Origin: Blastococcus sp.
GTDB lineage: Bacteria; Actinomycetota; Actinomycetes; Mycobacteriales; Geodermatophilaceae
DNA length: 24,000 nt
NCBI GenBank assembly: GCA_025465355.1
Contig: JAODNN010000108.1
Coordinates: 11,546-35,545 of the forward strand
Direction: 5' to 3'
Both the position numbers and the translations under genes were made by a program. The stretch's first letter is position 1, and each line of letters begins with the position of its first letter. Shown here piece by piece: positions 19,145 through 24,000 of this stretch. The notes beneath the pieces are model-generated. The model made no database searches. It worked only from the letters and a program-made list of their open reading frames with translations, and was not told where the DNA came from.

Positions 19145-21429
19145 GCCAACTGGACACCGTCGAGATCGCCGCGAAGACGCCGGACGACGAGCAGCCCTGG
19201 GCCGAGCTCGGGCTGAAGGACGACGAGTACCTGCGCATCCGCGACATCCTCGGCCGCCGGCCCACCACGGCCGAGCTGGCGATGTACAGCGTCATGTGGA
19301 GCGAGCACTGCTCCTACAAGTCGTCCAAGGTGCACCTCCGGCAGTTCGGCGACCTCCCCAAGAGCGAGGCGCTGCTGGTCGGCATCGGCGAGAACGCGGG
19401 TGTCGTGGACGTCGGAGACGGCTACGCGGTCACCTTCAAGGTCGAGTCGCACAACCACCCGAGCTACGTCGAGCCGTACCAGGGTGCGGCCACCGGGGTC
19501 GGCGGCATCGTCCGCGACATCCTGACCATGGGCGCCCGCCCGGTCGCGGTCATGGACTCGCTCAGGTTCGGGCCGGCCGACGCCCTCGACACCGCCCGCG
19601 TGCTGCCCGGCGTCGTCGCCGGCGTCGGCGGCTACGGCAACTGCCTGGGCCTGCCCAACATCGGCGGTGAGCTGCTCTTCGACGCGACCTACGCCGGCAA
19701 CCCGCTGGTCAACGCACTGTGCGTCGGCGTCATGAAGCACGAGGACGTCCGGCTGGCCAAGGCCGAGGGCGTCGGCAACAAGGTCATCCTGTTCGGCGCC
19801 CGCACCGGCGGCGACGGCATCGGCGGCGTGAGCGTGCTGGCGAGCGAGACGTTCGACGACGAGGGCCCGGCCAAGCGGCCCAGCGTCCAGGTCGGCGACC
19901 CGTTCACCGAGAAGCTGCTGATCGAGGCGTGCCTGGAGATCTTCGGCCAGGACCTGGTCACCGGCATCCAGGACCTCGGCGGCGCCGGGCTGTCCTGCGC
20001 CACCTCCGAGCTGGCCAGCGCCGGCACCGGCGGCATGCACGTCGACCTGGACGCCGTCCCGCTGCGCGACAGCACGCTCACGCCGGCCGAGATCCTGATG
20101 AGCGAGTCGCAGGAGCGCATGTGCGCGATCGTCGAGCCCGCGAAGGTCGACGACTTCCTCGCCGTCTGCCGCAAGTGGGACGTGCTGGCGACCGTCATCG
20201 GTGAGGTGACCGAGGGAGACCGGCTCACGGTCGACTGGCACGGCGAGCGGATCATCGACGTCCCGCCGCGCACCGTCGCCCACGAGGGCCCGGTCTACGA
20301 GCGGCCGATGCAGCGCCCCGCCGATCTCGACGACCTGCAGGCCGACGACGCGGCGAACCTGCCCCGACCGCAGACCGGCGCCGAGCTCCAGGCCCAGTGG
20401 CTCGCCGTCCTCAGCAGCCCGGACGGCGCCGACAAGACCTGGGTCACCGAGCAGTACGACCGCTACGTGCGCGGCAACACGGTGCTCGCCCAGCCCGAGG
20501 ACGCCGGCGTCGTCCGCATCGACGAGGAGAGCAACCGCGGGATCGCGCTGGCGCTGGACGGCAACGCCCGTTTCGCCCGGCTCGACCCGTACGCCGGCGC
20601 CCAGCTGAACCTGGCCGAGGCCTACCGCAACGTCGCCGTCTCCGGGGCGACGCCCCTTGCCGTCACCAACTGCCTGAACTTCGGCTCCCCGGAGGAGCCG
20701 GAGGTGATGTGGCAGTTCGCCGAGGCCGTCCGCGGCCTCGCCGACGGGTGCCGGGAGCTGGGCCTGCCGGTCACCGGGGGCAACGTCAGCCTCTACAACC
20801 AGACCGGCGACGTGCCGATCAACCCGACGCCGGTCATCGGCGTGCTCGGCGTGCACGAGGACGTGCGGACGCGGATCCCCGGCGGCTGGCGGGCCGACGG
20901 CGAGACGGTGCTGCTGCTCGGCGAGACGCGCCCGGAGTTCGGCGGGTCCGCCTGGGCGAGCGTCGTGCACGGTCACCTCGGCGGCCGGCCGCCCCGGGTC
21001 GACCTGGCCGCCGAGCGCACGCTCGGTGAGCTGCTGGCCGCCCTGGGCCGGGACGGACTGGTCACCTCCGCGCACGACCTGGCCGACGGCGGCCTGGCCC
21101 AGACGGTGGCCGAGTCCGCCCTGCGCCACGGCGTCGGCGCCCGGCTGCGGCTGGACGGTGATCCGTTCACCGCGCTGTTCAGCGAATCGGCTGCGCGCGC
21201 CGTGGTCACGACGGCCGATGCCGCGGCGGTTCGCGCCGCCGCGGAGCAGGCCGGGGTGATGGTCACCGAGCTGGGGACGACGGGCGGCGACAGCCTGACC
21301 GTTGACGGGCTGCTCGAGTTGGGCCTCGCTGAGCTCCGGGCCGCCTGGACGGCGACCCTGCCGGCACTCTTCGGCTCCCCCGAGGTCGCCGTGGGCTCCG
21401 TCCCGGCGGGCGCCGTCCCGACGAGCTGA
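19141..21429 (+). CDS. purL: Phosphoribosylformylglycinamidine synthase subunit PurL
   Basis: [56 protein letters not shown]; GTGA overlap with purQ. Confidence 0.97.
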   Translation: MSQLDTVEIAAKTPDDEQPWAELGLKDDEYLRIRDILGRRPTTAELAMYSVMWSEHCSYKSSKVHLRQFGDLPKSEALLVGIGENAGVVDVGDGYAVTFKVESHNHPSYVEPYQGAATGVGGIVRDILTMGARPVAVMDSLRFGPADALDTARVLPGVVAGVGGYGNCLGLPNIGGELLFDATYAGNPLVNALCVGVMKHEDVRLAKAEGVGNKVILFGARTGGDGIGGVSVLASETFDDEGPAKRPSVQVGDPFTEKLLIEACLEIFGQDLVTGIQDLGGAGLSCATSELASAGTGGMHVDLDAVPLRDSTLTPAEILMSESQERMCAIVEPAKVDDFLAVCRKWDVLATVIGEVTEGDRLTVDWHGERIIDVPPRTVAHEGPVYERPMQRPADLDDLQADDAANLPRPQTGAELQAQWLAVLSSPDGADKTWVTEQYDRYVRGNTVLAQPEDAGVVRIDEESNRGIALALDGNARFARLDPYAGAQLNLAEAYRNVAVSGATPLAVTNCLNFGSPEEPEVMWQFAEAVRGLADGCRELGLPVTGGNVSLYNQTGDVPINPTPVIGVLGVHEDVRTRIPGGWRADGETVLLLGETRPEFGGSAWASVVHGHLGGRPPRVDLAAERTLGELLAALGRDGLVTSAHDLADGGLAQTVAESALRHGVGARLRLDGDPFTALFSESAARAVVTTADAAAVRAAAEQAGVMVTELGTTGGDSLTVDGLLELGLAELRAAWTATLPALFGSPEVAVGSVPAGAVPTS

Positions 21430-21818
21430 TGGCGGCGGTCGCGCCGATCTCCGCCGAGGCGCTGCGGGCCGCCGTCGACCCGGTACGGCCCTGGCTGGCA
21501 GGGGAGGCCGAGCAGCCGCCCAGAGCCGTGCTCGGCGCCGCCGTGAAGACGACCGCCCGTTGGTTGGCCCAGCAGGTGCCCGGCCGGTCGGTCGAACTGC
21601 GGGTGCCCCCGCACGTCGCCGTCCAGTGCGTGCCGGGACCACGGCACACCCGCGGCACCCCGCCGAACGTCGTGGAGACCGACGCCGCGACCTGGCTGAG
21701 ACTCGCGACCGGTGTCACCACGTGGGACGACGCCGTGGCCGACGGGAAGGTGAGCGCCAGCGGCAACCGCGCCGACCTCGGCCAGCACCTCCCGCTGCCC
21801 CCGCTCCGCCCCCGTTGA
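21429..21818 (+). CDS. Sterol carrier family protein (SCP-like)
   Basis: [57 protein letters not shown]; overlaps purL stop (TGATG); conserved pur-cluster neighbour in Actinobacteria. Confidence 0.85.
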   Translation: MAAVAPISAEALRAAVDPVRPWLAGEAEQPPRAVLGAAVKTTARWLAQQVPGRSVELRVPPHVAVQCVPGPRHTRGTPPNVVETDAATWLRLATGVTTWDDAVADGKVSASGNRADLGQHLPLPPLRPR

Positions 21819-21870
21819 CCGTGACCCAGTGGGACAAATCCCCGAAAGAACTTGCGAGGAGTCCCGGACC

Positions 21871-21876
21871 TAGGCT
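21871..21876 (+). promoter_or_regulatory. Putative -10 (TAGGCT) 6 nt upstream of the formaldehyde dehydrogenase ATG
   Basis: TAGGCT-N6-ATG(21883). Confidence 0.35.
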
Positions 21877-21882
21877 GCCTGC

Positions 21883-22974
21883 ATGGCTCACGAGGTGAAG
21901 GGCGTCGTCGCCCGCAGCAAGGGTGCACCGGTCACCATCGAGACGATCCTCGTACCCGATCCCGGCCCGGGCGAGGCGGTCGTGGACGTCCAGGCCTGCG
22001 GGGTCTGCCACACCGACCTGCACTACCGCGAGGGCGGCATCAACGACGACTTCCCCTTCCTGCTCGGCCACGAGGCGGCGGGCGTCGTCTCCGCCGTCGG
22101 TGCGGGCGTCACGAACGTCGCGGTGGGCGACTACGTGATCCTCAACTGGCGCGCGGTCTGCGGAGAGTGCCGCGCCTGCCGCAGGGGCGAGCCCCAGTAC
22201 TGCTTCAACACCCACAACGCCGCGCAGAAGATGACCCTCGCCGACGGCACCGAGCTGACGGCCGCCCTGGGTATCGGCGCGTTCGTGGAGAAGACGCTGG
22301 TGCACTCCGGCCAGTGCACCAAGGTCAACCCCGCCGCGCCGCCGACGGCCGCGGGCCTGCTCGGGTGCGGGGTCATGGCCGGCGCCGGCGCCGCGATGAA
22401 CACCGGTGCGGTGCGCCGAGGCGAGAGCGTCGCGGTGTTCGGCTGCGGCGGTGTCGGGGACGCCGCGATCGCCGGGGCCAAGCTGGCCGGCGCGACGACG
22501 ATCATCGCCGTCGACCTCGAGGACCGGAAGTTGGAGTGGGCCAAGGGCTTCGGCGCCACGCACACGGTCAATCCGCGGGAGACCGACCCGGTCGAGGCGA
22601 TCAGGGCGATGACGGGAGGCTTCGGGGTCGACGTCGCCATCGACGCCGTGGGCCACCCGAAGGTGCTCGAGCAGGCTTTCTATGCCCGCGACCTCGCCGG
22701 CCGGGTCGTCATGGTCGGCGTCCCGACCCCGGACATGACGATCGAACTGCCGGCGATCGAGATCTTCGGCCGCGGAGGCGCGATCAAGTCCTCCTGGTAC
22801 GGCGACTGCCTGCCCAGCCGTGACTTCCCGGCCCTCATCGACCTCTACCTGCAGGGGCGCTTCCCGCTGGACGACTTCGTCAGCGAGACCATCGCGCTGG
22901 ACGAGGTGGAGGAGGCTTTCGAGAAGATGCAGAAGGGCGAGGTGCTCCGCTCGGTCGTGGTGTTCGAGAAGTGA
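21883..22974 (+). CDS. mscR: S-(hydroxymethyl)mycothiol dehydrogenase (zinc alcohol dehydrogenase family)
   Basis: [99 protein letters not shown]; followed by an MBL hydrolase as in mycobacteria. Confidence 0.93.
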   Translation: MAHEVKGVVARSKGAPVTIETILVPDPGPGEAVVDVQACGVCHTDLHYREGGINDDFPFLLGHEAAGVVSAVGAGVTNVAVGDYVILNWRAVCGECRACRRGEPQYCFNTHNAAQKMTLADGTELTAALGIGAFVEKTLVHSGQCTKVNPAAPPTAAGLLGCGVMAGAGAAMNTGAVRRGESVAVFGCGGVGDAAIAGAKLAGATTIIAVDLEDRKLEWAKGFGATHTVNPRETDPVEAIRAMTGGFGVDVAIDAVGHPKVLEQAFYARDLAGRVVMVGVPTPDMTIELPAIEIFGRGGAIKSSWYGDCLPSRDFPALIDLYLQGRFPLDDFVSETIALDEVEEAFEKMQKGEVLRSVVVFEK

Positions 22975-23579
22975 GCGCCCGGATCGACAAGGTCGTCGTC
23001 AGCGGCGTCTTCAGCCTGGACGGGCAGGATTTCGACGTCGACAACAACGTCTGGCTCGTCGGGGACGACGACGAGGTGCTGGTGATCGACGCTCCGCACG
23101 ATGCCGCCCCGATCGTCGAGGCGATCGGCGGCCGGACCGTGACGGCGATCGTCCTCACGCACGGCCACAACGACCACATCACCGCGGCGCCGGACCTGCG
23201 CGCGGCCACCGGGGCACCGATCTGGTTCCATCCGGCCGACCGGATGCTCTGGGACACGGTGCATCCCGGCGCCACGCCCGACCAGGACCTCGCCGACGGG
23301 TGCCGCTTCGACGTCGCCGGGACGACGCTGACAGCTCTGCACACCCCCGGCCACTCGCCCGGCAGCACCTGCCTCTACGCGGCAGACCTCGGCACGGTGT
23401 TCACCGGCGACACGCTCTTCCGCGGCGGGCCGGGCGCCACCGGGCGCTCCTACAGCGACAAGCCCACGCTCCTGGAGTCGATCCGGACGAGGCTGCTCAC
23501 CCTGCCCGGGGACACCGTGGTGCGGACCGGACACGGGGACGACACGACCATCGCCGCGGAGATGCCGAACATCTCCTAG
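22971..23579 (+). CDS. MBL-fold metallo-hydrolase
   Basis: [13 protein letters not shown] metal-binding motif, [26 protein letters not shown]; GTGA overlap with upstream gene. Confidence 0.93.
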   Translation: MSARIDKVVVSGVFSLDGQDFDVDNNVWLVGDDDEVLVIDAPHDAAPIVEAIGGRTVTAIVLTHGHNDHITAAPDLRAATGAPIWFHPADRMLWDTVHPGATPDQDLADGCRFDVAGTTLTALHTPGHSPGSTCLYAADLGTVFTGDTLFRGGPGATGRSYSDKPTLLESIRTRLLTLPGDTVVRTGHGDDTTIAAEMPNIS

Positions 23580-23609
23580 CTGGCCGCGGGCGTGTCACAG
23601 GCAGGCCGG

Positions 23610-23615
23610 TACTCT
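23610..23615 (+). promoter_or_regulatory. Putative -10 (TACTCT) 6 nt upstream of purF GTG
   Basis: TACTCT-N6-GTG(23622). Confidence 0.4.
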
Positions 23616-23621
23616 CGGGAC

Positions 23622-24000
23622 GTGCCTCGCGGTGATGGACGGCTGACGCACGACCTCGACCCCTCGTCTCCCGGACCTCAGGACGCCTGTGGCGTCTTCG
23701 GAGTCTGGGCGCCGGGGGAGGAGGTCGCGAAGCTCACCTACTTCGGTCTCTATGCCCTTCAGCACCGCGGTCAGGAGGCGGCCGGCATCGCGGTGTCCGA
23801 CGGCGCATCCGTCGTCGTCTACAAGGACCTCGGGCTGGTGAGCCAGGTCTTCGACGAGGCCACCCTGGGCAGCCTCCGCGGCCATCTGGCGGTCGGGCAC
23901 ACCCGGTATTCCACGACCGGCGCCTCGACGTGGGAGAACGCCCAGCCGACGTTCCGCACGACGGAGGCCGGTACCGGCCTGGCGCTGTGTCACAACGGGA
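23622..24000 (+). CDS. purF: Amidophosphoribosyltransferase, 3' end outside the window
   Basis: DACGVFGVWAPGEEVAKLTYFGLYALQHRGQEAAGIAVSDG, GHLAVGHTRYSTTGASTWENAQPT; N-terminal nucleophile Cys context. Confidence 0.95.
   Translation, partial: MPRGDGRLTHDLDPSSPGPQDACGVFGVWAPGEEVAKLTYFGLYALQHRGQEAAGIAVSDGASVVVYKDLGLVSQVFDEATLGSLRGHLAVGHTRYSTTGASTWENAQPTFRTTEAGTGLALCHNG

Noticed and set aside
18967-21642. 891-aa minus-strand ORF opposite purL
   Set aside because: Antisense to an unambiguous purL with canonical motifs; low-complexity D/R/A/G-rich translation typical of GC3-driven spurious frames.

Overview
High-GC actinobacterial chromosomal segment (Pseudonocardiales/Geodermatophilales-like by content; this lineage guess is inference), mostly conserved housekeeping genes. 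In order: molybdopterin oxidoreductase (5' truncated), fasciclin lipoprotein, pyrE, CoA-disulfide-reductase-like flavoprotein, pentapeptide-repeat protein, class II FBP aldolase, DUF3151 protein, a 47-aa GPGG-type small membrane protein missed by the ORF track, a minus-strand sugar-type ABC ATPase/permease pair with an upstream hypothetical gene, purA, GDPD, purD, AI-2E-type permease, purB-purC, a DUF559/AbiEi-like endonuclease-fold gene, purS-purQ-purL, sterol-carrier-like protein, mycothiol-dependent formaldehyde dehydrogenase, MBL hydrolase and the 5' part of purF. I see no convincing large new system. The best leads are: (1) the lone DUF559-type gene bracketed by two near-identical ~54-nt hairpin repeats in direct orientation between purC and purS; (2) an ABC ATPase with altered signature and H-loop motifs and no adjacent binding protein; (3) an apparent rsgA N-terminal remnant overlapping the purD promoter; (4) a recurring TAnnnT-N6/7-start-codon layout suggesting leaderless transcripts at pyrE, purD, purS, the formaldehyde dehydrogenase gene and purF; (5) several compact intergenic repeat/hairpin structures.
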